Positions 49,547-58,700 of a stretch of 64,000 nt of DNA are shown one piece after another. The position numbers and the translations under genes were made by a program. Each line of letters opens with the position of its first letter. Within the stretch, counting starts at the first letter, position 1. This DNA is from Chloroflexota bacterium (lineage in GTDB: Bacteria > Chloroflexota > Limnocylindria > Limnocylindrales > CSP1-4). The notes below the pieces were generated by a model, which saw nothing but the letters and a program-made list of their open reading frames with translations, was not told the DNA's origin and did not search any database. The stretch lies in NCBI GenBank assembly GCA_013698095.1, contig JACCVQ010000133.1:2596-66595 (forward strand), written 5' to 3'.

Positions 49547-50251
49547 TCAGGTCGGGAACCCCGCCGCGCCGATGAGCGGCACGAACATCACCGGGCCATC
49601 TGAGGTCTCGGTCCAGCGATCGCCGTCGCGCGCAACCACGATCAGCTGCTGGCGATCCCGGCCGCCGACAGGCAGCACGAGCCGACCGCCATCCGGATGG
49701 AGCTGGTCGCGCAGGGCCGCGGGGATCCATGGTGCTGCCGCCGCGACGAGGATCCCGCGCCACGGGGCGCCCTCGCGCAGGCCGAGCGACCCGTCTCCGA
49801 CCCGGATATCGACGAGCTCGGCGTAGCCGAGTCGCTCCAGCCGCGCCCGGGCCGTGCTCGCCAGCTCTTCGTGCCGCTCAACGCTGACCACCCGACACCC
49901 GAGCTCGGCGAGCACGGCGGCCTGGTAGCCGGACCCGGTCCCGATCTCCAGGACACGATCACCCGGGCCGACCCGCAGCAGCTCGGTCATCCGGGCGACG
50001 ATGTACGGCTGGCTGATCGTCTGGCCGGCTTCGATCGGCAGGGCGTCGTCGGCATACGCGGACCGCCGCTGTGCCTCGCCGATGAACGCCTCGCGCGGGA
50101 CGGCGCCGATCGCCACGAGCACCCGCTCATCGGCGACTCCGCGGCTCCGGAGCTGGGTTTCGACCATCCGGGCCCGCTCCGCGGCAGCGCCGGTGTCAGC
50201 GCCCGCCTCAGCGTCGGGCGGCGGGCGATCCGGACCGGTCCCGCCGTCCAC
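49547..50251 (-). CDS. pcm: protein-L-isoaspartate O-methyltransferase
   Basis: Contains MVETQLRSRGV.DERVL.A...VPREAF, YADDALPIEAGQTISQPYIVARMTELL, VLEIGTGSGYQAAVLA and RLVLPVG. An alternative start is ATG 50167. Confidence 0.9.
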   Translation of the reverse strand: MDGGTGPDRPPPDAEAGADTGAAAERARMVETQLRSRGVADERVLVAIGAVPREAFIGEAQRRSAYADDALPIEAGQTISQPYIVARMTELLRVGPGDRVLEIGTGSGYQAAVLAELGCRVVSVERHEELASTARARLERLGYAELVDIRVGDGSLGLREGAPWRGILVAAAAPWIPAALRDQLHPDGGRLVLPVGGRDRQQLIVVARDGDRWTETSDGPVMFVPLIGAAGFPT

Positions 50252-50257
50252 GGCCGA

Positions 50258-51331
50258 TCAGGACGGGGCGGGCGAGCCCGATGCGGCCGGTGAGGTCGAC
50301 GGGGCGACCGATGCGGACGGGACAGCCGAGCCCGAAGCAGCCGGCGAGCCCGACGGGGCAACCGAACCGGACGCGGCCGGTGAGCCCGACGGGGCGATCG
50401 AGACCGACGGGGTCGGCGTGGCGATCGGCGTTGGTGACGGGCTGGGCGAGACGTATGGCGTCAGGATTCCGCCGGTCCCGAGGAAGATCCCGTTGAGGAA
50501 GATCAGGCCGAACACCGCGAACGTGGCGATCACGAAGATCTTGGATGCCCGATCCTGGACCCGGATCGCGGGGTCGACCACGACCTTCTCGGCCTTGACC
50601 GGCTTGCCCTCGCGAGCGGCCCGAGCTCGGGCGGCCGCGGACATGGCGCGACCGGTCCCGGCAGCGGCGGGCACGGCCGGGAGCTCCTCGTCGGCGGCGA
50701 CCTCCTCGTCCGCGGCGAGCTCCTCGGCGACGTCGGCGTCCTCAGCCGCGAGCTCGTCGTCGACATCGGCCTCTTCGGCCTCGAGCTCTGCCTCGACCTC
50801 GTCATCCGTCGCTTCGTCGACGACCGCGGCGGTCTCCACGACGGGCTCGGGCGCCGCGACGGCGACCGGCTCGGGCGCAGCTTCCGGCTCAACCGCCGCC
50901 GCCACGACCGGCTCGGGCTCGGGCTCGTGCACCACCTCGGGCTCGGGCTCGTGCACCGCCTCGGGCTCGGGCCGGGGAGCCGGCTCGGGCTCGGCCTCAG
51001 GCTCACGTTCAGCGGCCGCGACAACCTCGACCGCCACGGGCTCGACCGGCGCAGCCTCGGCCGGCGGAAGCTCCTCGACCGCGATGGCCTGCGTCTCGTC
51101 CGAAGGGGCGTCAGCGGGGCCGTCGGCTGCCGCATCGCCCTCCTCGTCCTCGGCCCCGAGCTCGTCAGCCGCGGCAGCCATCGCCTCGGCCTCAGCCCTG
51201 CTTGCGTCGGCCGCGTCCGTCCGCCCAGCGTCAGCGCTCGTTCCGGCGGCCGATTCATCGCCCGTCGTCGGCGTTGCGAGCGACTCGGACGCGTCGGAGG
51301 CGTCGGACGCGGTGTCCCTCGGTTCGGTCAT
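50258..51331 (-). CDS. single-pass membrane protein with long acidic Ala/Glu/Pro-rich N-terminal region and Ser/Pro-rich repeat tail (no family recognised)
   Basis: Third-codon positions are G/C-rich throughout. One clear TM segment is IFVIATFAVFGLIFLNGIFLG, preceded by KPVKAEKVVVDP. The tail reads PSPSPTPIATPTPSVSIAPSGSPAASGSVAPSGSPAASGSAVPSASVAPSTSPAASGSPAPS. The overlapping + ORFs are low-complexity shadows. Confidence 0.55.
   Translation of the reverse strand: MTEPRDTASDASDASESLATPTTGDESAAGTSADAGRTDAADASRAEAEAMAAAADELGAEDEEGDAAADGPADAPSDETQAIAVEELPPAEAAPVEPVAVEVVAAAEREPEAEPEPAPRPEPEAVHEPEPEVVHEPEPEPVVAAAVEPEAAPEPVAVAAPEPVVETAAVVDEATDDEVEAELEAEEADVDDELAAEDADVAEELAADEEVAADEELPAVPAAAGTGRAMSAAARARAAREGKPVKAEKVVVDPAIRVQDRASKIFVIATFAVFGLIFLNGIFLGTGGILTPYVSPSPSPTPIATPTPSVSIAPSGSPAASGSVAPSGSPAASGSAVPSASVAPSTSPAASGSPAPS
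50261..50420. repeat. imperfect tandem repeats of about 36 nt inside the coding sequence (Ser/Pro-rich tail)
   Basis: The cores gagcccgacgggg and gaggtcgacgggg recur at about 50292, 50347 and 50383. They encode APSGSPAASGS-type units on the minus strand. Confidence 0.55.
50913..50972. repeat. 24-nt in-frame tandem repeat, about 2.5 copies
   Basis: The units are tcgggctcgggctcgtgcaccacc, tcgggctcgggctcgtgcaccgcc and the partial tcgggctcgggc. On the minus strand they encode EPEPE(V/A)VH units. Confidence 0.75.
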
Positions 51332-51433
51332 CCGGTCGTGTCTCTCCTGTGGTGGACGCTCGGCGGCTCGCGCCGTGCATGTCGGCGTGACGACGCGCGG
51401 CGGCGCCCGGTGCGGCCGCCAGTGTACCGAAGG

Positions 51434-53734
51434 TCAGGCGTCGCGCATCTCCGGGACGAGCAGACCGGCCAGTCCGGCAAGAACCGTGACGATGCCGCTG
51501 AACACGAGCACCGGCACGACCCCGATCGTCTGGCCGAGGATTCCACCCACGGCCATTGCCAACGTCATCGACCCGAAGACCAGGGCGAACCGGAACCCGA
51601 TCACCCGTCCGATCAGCTCGGGCGGCGTCCGCTGCTGGAAGAGCGTCTGGCTCGGGATCACGAAGATCATGTTCGCGACGCCCGCCCCGAACAGGATCCC
51701 GAAGTCGAGCGCGAGGTTGCCGCTCAGCGCGAACGCGATCAGGAACAGCCCCCACAGGACGTACCCGCCGATCACCATCCGGCCCTTGGCGAGGCGCATC
51801 CCGATCAGGCCGATCACGAAGCCACCGATGAGGTTGCCGACGCCGATCGAGGTCTCCAGGAAGGCATATGCGGCTTTCGGGTCGACCCCGTTGGCGGGTC
51901 CCAGGATGTCTTGCGCGAAGATCGGGGTCAGGGCGGTCAGCGACCCGATCGCGAACTGGGCGAATGCCGCCTGGATCGTGTTCGCGAACAGGACGGGCTC
52001 GCTCCTGAGGAACCGATAGCCCTCCTTCATCTCCTCGACGACACCGGTGCGGGCGGGTTCGCTGATCGCCGGCTCGGCGGCCTGGGCGCCGGGCGACGCA
52101 GCCTGTTCGATCCTGCCAGCCGCGCGCGTCGGGTCGATCGCCTCATCGGCGACCTCGTCGACGACCTCGCCGACGGTCGCCATTTCCGGCCGCGCCCGAC
52201 GCTGGATCGCCGGGACCGCGATCGTCGCGATCAGGAGCGCCGAGGCGGCGTACGTCGCGGAATCGACCCAGAAGGCGAGGGCGATCGCGGGCCCGAGGAA
52301 GCCCACGAAGATGCCGGCCAGAGGGTAGCCGATGACGTCGGCGAAGGTCTCGCCGGCCCACAGCGCCGAGTTGGCGGTCAGGAGCTCGTCGTCCCGAACG
52401 ATCCGGGGCAGGATCGCCACCCGGGCCGGACGGAAGAAGATCGAGATCGAGGTGATCAGGAAGATCAGCGGATAGACGAGCACGACCGAGGTGACCGCGA
52501 CAATCGGCATGACCAGGACCACCGCGGCCCGGAGAAGATCGCTGACGATCATCACGTCGCGCTGATTCCAGCGATCGACATAGGCGCCGGCGAGGGGCGA
52601 CAGGAGCAGGTTGGGGATCGTGGCCGCAACGAAGACAAAGGCGACCGCGACCGCGTTGTTCGTCAGGCCGAGGACCAGGAACGCGATCGCGATCTGGTGG
52701 ATCCGGTCGCCGAACATGCTGATCATCTGGCCCGCCCAGAGGGCCGAGAACGAGGGGTTGAGGGCGAGCCGGACGTAGGGATGGCGGCGGACCCGATCCT
52801 GGACGTCGACCCGTGGCCGGCCGGGCAGGGCGATCGCCCCGTCGTCGTCCGCGGCGGCGCTCGTGGCAGACGGGACCGGGGCGAGCGCGATCCCGCGATC
52901 GGTCGGGTAGTGCGGCGCCCACACGTCGGCGACCCGGCCGTCGGCGCCGCGCACGCGGTCCACGACCTCGCGCGCACTCGGTCCCGCCAGCCCCATGCCG
53001 CGACCGCCGAGGACGAGCGGGCGGTCGAGGGACGCGGTCTCGGCGAACCCGGTCGTGAGCCCGGTCCCGGGGCGGACACGTTGCTGGCCGAGGGCGGCCC
53101 CGATGCCGCGCGGCAACCGGGTCGTGCCCGCCAGGCCGGTCAGCGGTCCGTCGTGGTCCGATGTCGCGGTCTCGTGGTCCTCGTCGCCGGGGTTTCGAAC
53201 CACCGTCGCGAACAGGAAGAAGGCGAGCCCGATGGTCAGGAAGACATCGCCGATCGAGGCGACGTTTCGAACGAACGGGAGCGGGATCGGCAGGATGTCG
53301 GCGAGCGGCCCAGCGTGCAAGAAGAAGTTCGCATTGAGCTCGGCATCGAGCGGAACGTGGAACGCCGAGGTCAGGTCCTGGAGCCGGAATCCGGCGGGCT
53401 CGAGGCTCGGGATCCAGATCGGCATGTGGCCGCCGTTGGCGATGATCGCGATCGTGTTCGAGAGGATGCCGACGAACGCGAGACGCATGCCCGGCTGGTT
53501 CCGATTGACCCACAGCGCGGCCAGGAGGAGGACAAACGCCAGGAAGAACAGCGGCAGCCGGACCGCCTCGATGAAGCCGTTGCCGCGGTTGAGGAACCAC
53601 TCGGTCCCGAAGCGCAGGATGACCGCGATCATCAGGACCCCGACCCAGCGCAGGCGGACCGCGGCGAGGTTGGCGAGGGACCCGCCGGCGAGGAGGCCCA
53701 GGACAAGACCGAAGGCGATGCCGCCGATCAGCAC
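51434..53734 (-). CDS. fusion protein: N-terminal DUF5317-like membrane domain + low-complexity linker + C-terminal MFS transporter (MFS_3/EntS-like)
   Basis: The N-terminal 190 aa read MLIGGIAFGLVLGLLAGGSLANLAAVRLRW...IIANGGHMPIW...ASIGDVFLTIGLAFFLF, which matches my recollection of the DUF5317 family. A linker of about 150 aa follows. From RHPYVRLALNPSFSALWAGQMISMFGD onward there is a 12-TM MFS with a long central loop. Confidence 0.72.
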   Translation of the reverse strand: MLIGGIAFGLVLGLLAGGSLANLAAVRLRWVGVLMIAVILRFGTEWFLNRGNGFIEAVRLPLFFLAFVLLLAALWVNRNQPGMRLAFVGILSNTIAIIANGGHMPIWIPSLEPAGFRLQDLTSAFHVPLDAELNANFFLHAGPLADILPIPLPFVRNVASIGDVFLTIGLAFFLFATVVRNPGDEDHETATSDHDGPLTGLAGTTRLPRGIGAALGQQRVRPGTGLTTGFAETASLDRPLVLGGRGMGLAGPSAREVVDRVRGADGRVADVWAPHYPTDRGIALAPVPSATSAAADDDGAIALPGRPRVDVQDRVRRHPYVRLALNPSFSALWAGQMISMFGDRIHQIAIAFLVLGLTNNAVAVAFVFVAATIPNLLLSPLAGAYVDRWNQRDVMIVSDLLRAAVVLVMPIVAVTSVVLVYPLIFLITSISIFFRPARVAILPRIVRDDELLTANSALWAGETFADVIGYPLAGIFVGFLGPAIALAFWVDSATYAASALLIATIAVPAIQRRARPEMATVGEVVDEVADEAIDPTRAAGRIEQAASPGAQAAEPAISEPARTGVVEEMKEGYRFLRSEPVLFANTIQAAFAQFAIGSLTALTPIFAQDILGPANGVDPKAAYAFLETSIGVGNLIGGFVIGLIGMRLAKGRMVIGGYVLWGLFLIAFALSGNLALDFGILFGAGVANMIFVIPSQTLFQQRTPPELIGRVIGFRFALVFGSMTLAMAVGGILGQTIGVVPVLVFSGIVTVLAGLAGLLVPEMRDA

Positions 53735-53872
53735 GGGGTCTCGTCCCCGGCACGCTGGTGGATCGTCATCGTCGACGAATCATGGCGGTTTGAGAAAACG
53801 GGCGGGCTTCGATCGCGTCGCGCTGGCAGTCGTGACGGGCGCGAGGGCCCCGAATAACGCAGTCCTGCCGGC

Positions 53873-55303
53873 TCAGGCCTGGTCGGCCGATGCCGAGGAG
53901 GAGGCCGAACCACTGGCGATCCCGCGCGACGCGGTGGCCTGCGTCATCCGATTGGCCGCCTGGCCGATCAGCGGAATCTGGCGCGGCTCCTCGCGCCGGC
54001 CCGGATCAGACACGCCCTGGACCCACGGCGTGCGCACGAATGCATCGACGACGACCGGATCGAACTGGATCCCGGCGAACTTGCGGAGCTCGTTGAGGGC
54101 CTGCTCCGCGGTCAGCGGCGTCATCCGATACGGCCGCTGGGCGGTCATCGCCTCGAAGGCGTCCGCCACGTGCAGGATCCGGGCGAGCTTCGGGATCTCG
54201 TCACCGATCAGGCGATCCGGGTAGCCCGAGCCGTTGTACCACTCGTGGTGATGGCGAATGATCGGCAGCTCCGGGGCAAGCTTCGTGACCGGCGCGATGA
54301 TCTGGGCACCGAGCACCGGATGGGCGTTCATCTGCATCCGTTCTTCGCGCGTCAGGCGGTCGCTCTTGAGCAGGACGCTGTCTGGCACGCCGATCTTGCC
54401 GACGTCGTGGAGCAGGCCGCCCCACTCGAGCGCTTCGAGCTCAGAGGCACTGACCCGCATCTCCCGCCCGATGTCAACGGCGATCAGCTTCACGTTCTGG
54501 CTGTGCTTGCTGGTGAACGGATCGCGCTTGTCCACGGCCTCGGCCAGTGCCCCGATCGTCTGCGTGAACATGTCCCGCATCTCAACGAACCGGTTGTACG
54601 CCACCCGAGTCGTGTAGAGGGGCAGGGCAAAGAGGAGGGATGCCCACCAACCAACTGAGTACATTTGAGCCATCAGCCACGCCAAGGGAGCCAACGCCAA
54701 CGAGTTGACATATGTACCCTGAAAGTCGCCAAGGGCAACCAGAGCAAACGACTGCCCACTTCTCATCGCGACGATTAGCGACGTAGCACCGGTATTGAGC
54801 AGGTAGAACGCGGCCGCTCCAACAATGGTCGAAACGAAGACGACCCACTCTTCCTGCGAGCCACCCCGAAGGAGTTCCGTGATCAGTCCGCCGACGACGG
54901 CGGGCAGGACGAGACCGGCGTGATTGGCTGCTGTGCCGTACCAAGGGATCCGACCGCGAAGCTCGCGGACCTCCGTTGAGCCAACGAGCGCAACAATCCC
55001 TCCCGCGACGGGACCTCCGAGCGAGAAGGCCGCGATGATCGGCGCCATCGACACCGACACAAGACTCCCACGAGGCATCTTCACTGGTAGGGCACCGGCG
55101 AATAACGTCAACAAAGTCCAGAAGCCGATGCCCAGCCAGAGGTCGATCGGCGCCTTGGAGCCTTCGACGATCGAGATCGAGGAGCGGATTCCCGCGACGA
55201 AGTCGCTGTCAGTTCGCGAGGCAAACACAAAGCTCGTGAGGATCAGCGCAAAGACGCTGACGCTCACGAGCCCGGTGATATAGAGCTTTAGGGACCTGGA
55301 CAT
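53873..55303 (-). CDS. membrane-anchored HD-GYP domain protein (putative c-di-GMP phosphodiesterase)
   Basis: The N-terminal 230 aa or so are polytopic (about 7 helices). They are followed by DKRDPFTSKHSQNV, GGLLHDVGKIGVPDSVL, HPVLGAQI, and HHHEWYNGSGYPDRL, the HD and GYP signatures. Confidence 0.85.
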   Translation of the reverse strand: MSRSLKLYITGLVSVSVFALILTSFVFASRTDSDFVAGIRSSISIVEGSKAPIDLWLGIGFWTLLTLFAGALPVKMPRGSLVSVSMAPIIAAFSLGGPVAGGIVALVGSTEVRELRGRIPWYGTAANHAGLVLPAVVGGLITELLRGGSQEEWVVFVSTIVGAAAFYLLNTGATSLIVAMRSGQSFALVALGDFQGTYVNSLALAPLAWLMAQMYSVGWWASLLFALPLYTTRVAYNRFVEMRDMFTQTIGALAEAVDKRDPFTSKHSQNVKLIAVDIGREMRVSASELEALEWGGLLHDVGKIGVPDSVLLKSDRLTREERMQMNAHPVLGAQIIAPVTKLAPELPIIRHHHEWYNGSGYPDRLIGDEIPKLARILHVADAFEAMTAQRPYRMTPLTAEQALNELRKFAGIQFDPVVVDAFVRTPWVQGVSDPGRREEPRQIPLIGQAANRMTQATASRGIASGSASSSASADQA

Positions 55304-55375
55304 CGGTTCCCCGTACGTGGCTTCCGATCTATGACTCTAATCCACCCGAGCCACAATCGGTCTGTGCCAAACGTA

Positions 55376-55465
55376 CTAGAAGCCCTTGAGCGACGCGCCT
55401 CCCGCGATCGCCATGGCCGCGACGGCTCCCGCCGCGGTAAAGAGCCGGATCAATCGATCTTTCAT
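55376..55465 (-). CDS. possible 29-aa hydrophobic small protein
   Basis: ATG 55465 is preceded by AGGAG at a spacing of 8 nt. It encodes MKDRLIRLFTAAGAVAAMAIAGGASLKGF. It lies 72 nt upstream of the HD-GYP gene on the same strand. The longer ORF 55376..55588 has an implausible N-terminus. Confidence 0.3.
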   Translation of the reverse strand: MKDRLIRLFTAAGAVAAMAIAGGASLKGF

Positions 55466-55658
55466 CGATGAGGCTCCTGCTACCAGCCCTTGCTGCCGAA
55501 GGTGGGTTCCACGCTCGTTCCTCCTTACGGCCTCCGCGTCCCATAGGAACACGAAAACCGACCTGACACGATGGTCGGTCGGTTGCACTACTCGCTCGGC
55601 TCCACCCTAAGTGCCCATTTCAGGTGGAGCTTCGGCGCGTCCGAGCGTATTAACTTTG

Positions 55659-55684
55659 CTTCCTAGTACCTCCGTACTGGGAAG
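55659..55684 (-). terminator. hairpin downstream of the STAND regulator gene (possible terminator, no U-tract)
   Basis: The arms cttcctagtac and gtactgggaag form an 11-bp stem with one G-U or mismatch position and the loop ctcc. A second hairpin, gctccacc-N16-ggtggagc, lies at 55599-55630. Confidence 0.2.
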
Positions 55685-55741
55685 TAGGCCGGACTATAGG
55701 GAGACGTGAGTGACCCGGTCAATACGTCATCCTACCTATCT

Positions 55742-58700
55742 TCACAGACTCTCTATGGGTGGCGCCTCAAGCCCAAGCTCGCGTTTCAGAAGGTCGGAGT
55801 AGTAGGCATACTGCTCTGCAGCCGCCGAGTGGGCGCCGGAACTTCGAAGCAGTCGAAGCAGCGCCAAGGCCAGGTCCTCATTCCCTGGGTCGACTTCGAC
55901 GGCTCGTCGAGCGAGCTGGATAGCCTCCTCGAGCCTTCGAGCATCAACATGACTTCGAACCTGGCGGTCGATGACCCTCAGGTACGAGACGTGTAGCCAC
56001 TCTCGATAGTCGCTGCTCCATTCCTCGTACGAGAAATCGAGCGCGAACTTCGCCGCGTAGTTTCCGCTCAGCTGGCGAGCGATAGTGGGTCCAGGATCTC
56101 GTTCGAATCTGGCGACTAGCCTCGCGCACATCTGACTGCGCGAGTCGACAAGGTCGCTGTCGAGCCAGATCAGGTCAGAATCCTGATGCACGTACCCGGC
56201 CGAGGTGTCCTCGCTGTACTCGGGTTCGAAGATGCGGCGCAGGAAGTACACCGACTGGTTGAGCGAGTTGATCGCTGCGGAGGGTTCAATGTCGGGCCAC
56301 ATTGCATCCATGACCTCCTCGCGAGTGGCCGAGAACCGAGGGCGAGAAGCCAGGAAACACAACAGCGCGAGCACCTTGCGCCGGACCTCGTGGCCACCGA
56401 CCAGTTCCGTGCCCACGGTGATTGACAATCGTGCTAGGTCCTCGATCACTACTTGGGGAGCTAGCCGCCTGGCAAGCACCTTCCCCAGGTGTCGTTCAGT
56501 TCCGGATAGGCGACGGTCCTTGGCAGCCGAATTCAGCAGGGCGACGACCTCGTGGGACCCAACACGTGCAAGCAGTCTTGCGACGGCTGGCACCTGCGGT
56601 CGAGCAGCACGTGAAATTTCTACCCTAAGCGCAGGCAGCCATCGGCTTGGCCTCCGGATTGCTTCCTCTGCCACTCGATCGAGACTGGCCTCTGACAGCT
56701 TCTCGAGATTCATGACCAAGAGTTCGGTGACAATCGATAGCACGAACTGCAGGCGCGCCGGCAGCCCGAGCACCGCTCCGTCCAACTGGTCGAGGGTTCC
56801 GGCGAGGCAAATTGACGCGACCTCCCGCCATAGCCCGGCATTCTGGCGGTCTGCAAACGCGAGGGCTTCGCGAGCGACATTCGCTGCCTCGGGCGACCGC
56901 TGAAGGGTCGCGACGACCGCCGCGGTTGCCCTGACGCGACTTACATGGCCGCTATAGTTCGACGGACTATCAGGCCTCAGATTTTCGAGGACCGTGAGGG
57001 CGCCGCCAAGGTCTCCAGCCCGAATTGCCAAGCCGACCCTAACGAGGTGTAACGCTTGAGCCATCGAATGAGTCACGGTCAGGTCGACTTCAGCGATCAG
57101 GCGTTGGGCCGCCTGCGCGTCCCCGACCTGGGTCTCGAAGTCAGCAAACTCTCCCAGAAACTCGGCGCGAGCGCCGTGGCGCAGAGTCCTCCCAGCTTCA
57201 ACGAATAGGGCCCGGGCCGTGTCCATTTCACCGCTGTATCCGATCAGCGAAGCCTTGAGAAAGCACGCGGACGCCCACTCAGATCCCGAAGAACTATTAG
57301 CCAAACAGTCGATGGCCATCGACGCATTTGCGAGGGCTCGATCCATGGCTCCTTGGGATCTCAACGTCAAACCCGCATTCAAAAGGCTCACGCCCTCGTA
57401 GTGCGCCAAGCCTTCCCGACGCGATCGTTCAGCAAGAGCCGTAAACGCTTGCTCGGCCAATACCAAGTCCATATCGACGGATGCCCTGATTAGCGCAGAG
57501 GTTGCAGCCGCGACCTGACGCAGTAGATCCGACTTCGCTGACGCCATGAAGTTCTCAGTCATCGTCAAGGCGTCCGCGAATCGGCCTGAAGTTAGGAGGC
57601 CCGTGATCAGGTTCGCCTTTGCGGCGTCGTTTCCGGGGTCTATCTCAGTCGCTCTTAACGCGTGCTCGACGACGCGAGCGATGTCGCCCTCGACGCTGGC
57701 CTGGCGCGACGCGATGACTTCGATCGCTGCCGATCGCGGCGCCTCAGGAAACATGCGGACGAAGTCCGCGGCTGCTGAGAAGGCACCCGACGCGACGATC
57801 CGTTCGAGGTGCAGCTCCAGGACGCGCAGCAGGTCGAGCCAGCGGGTCGCCGACGCGTAGTGATGGGCGGCAGTTCGCCAGTCGGAGCTCTCAGCCCAGG
57901 CAGCCACGGCGACGTGAAGCGCATCGACGCCGGTTCCGCCCACGTCGCGCGTCAGCCGCTCCTCGAGGAACTCGCGGACGAGCGGGTGGTAGCGCTGTTC
58001 GGAGGCCCGCCGGTTGGCCCGACGACCGAGCATGCCGAGGCGCTCGGCATCGCCGATCATCGACTGGACCTCGACCGCGGACAAGCCCGACGCAACCTGG
58101 GCGAGCTCCGGCGTCACTCGCTGGAGGATCGAGGTCCGCATGAGGAACTGTTGTTGGATGGTCGGCAGATCGCCCACGACTTCCTCCGCGAGGTAGTCGT
58201 GGAGCTCGTCGCGAGCGCCCGACAGGCCACGCACGAACGCCCGCGTCTCCGCCGGCGTCCGCTCGCGCAACGCGGCCTGGACCAGGGTCAGCGACGCCGC
58301 CCAGCCTTCCGTCCGCTTGGCGAGCTCGACGAGCACGTCTGGCTCGAGCGGCCGCCCGTACGTCTCGCGGAAGAGCTGCTCCATCTCGATATCCGAGAAC
58401 CGGAGGTCCGCGATACCGATCTCGGCGAGCTCCCCGAGCGAGCGCAGCTTCGCGACCGGCACTGACGGAACGCGCCGGCTGGCGAACACGATCGACAGGC
58501 GCTCCGGCCCCTTGGCCACGATCTCGCGGGCGATCTGGCGGATGTCGGCTACCTCGTCGGCCAGGTGGAAGTCGTCGAGGATCAGGGCCGCCCCATCGCC
58601 GGTGATCGACGGCAGCTCCTCGAGGAATGTCTCGATGGCGTCCTCGCGGGTGGGTCCTCCAGGTTCGAGCGAGCGGAGAATCGAGGCCGTCCGCGGCGCG

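Noticed and set aside
50261-50972. Tandem DNA repeats that might suggest a CRISPR array or satellite
   Set aside because: The units are 24-36 nt, directly abutting with no unique spacers, in frame, and encode low-complexity peptide repeats inside one ORF. No cas genes are present.
50001-53857. Two very long + strand ORFs (50001..52019 and 50927..53857)
   Set aside because: They are Ser/Ala/Gly or Arg/Asp low-complexity translations antisense to pcm, the acidic repeat protein and the DUF5317/MFS gene, which have proper TM and motif structure.
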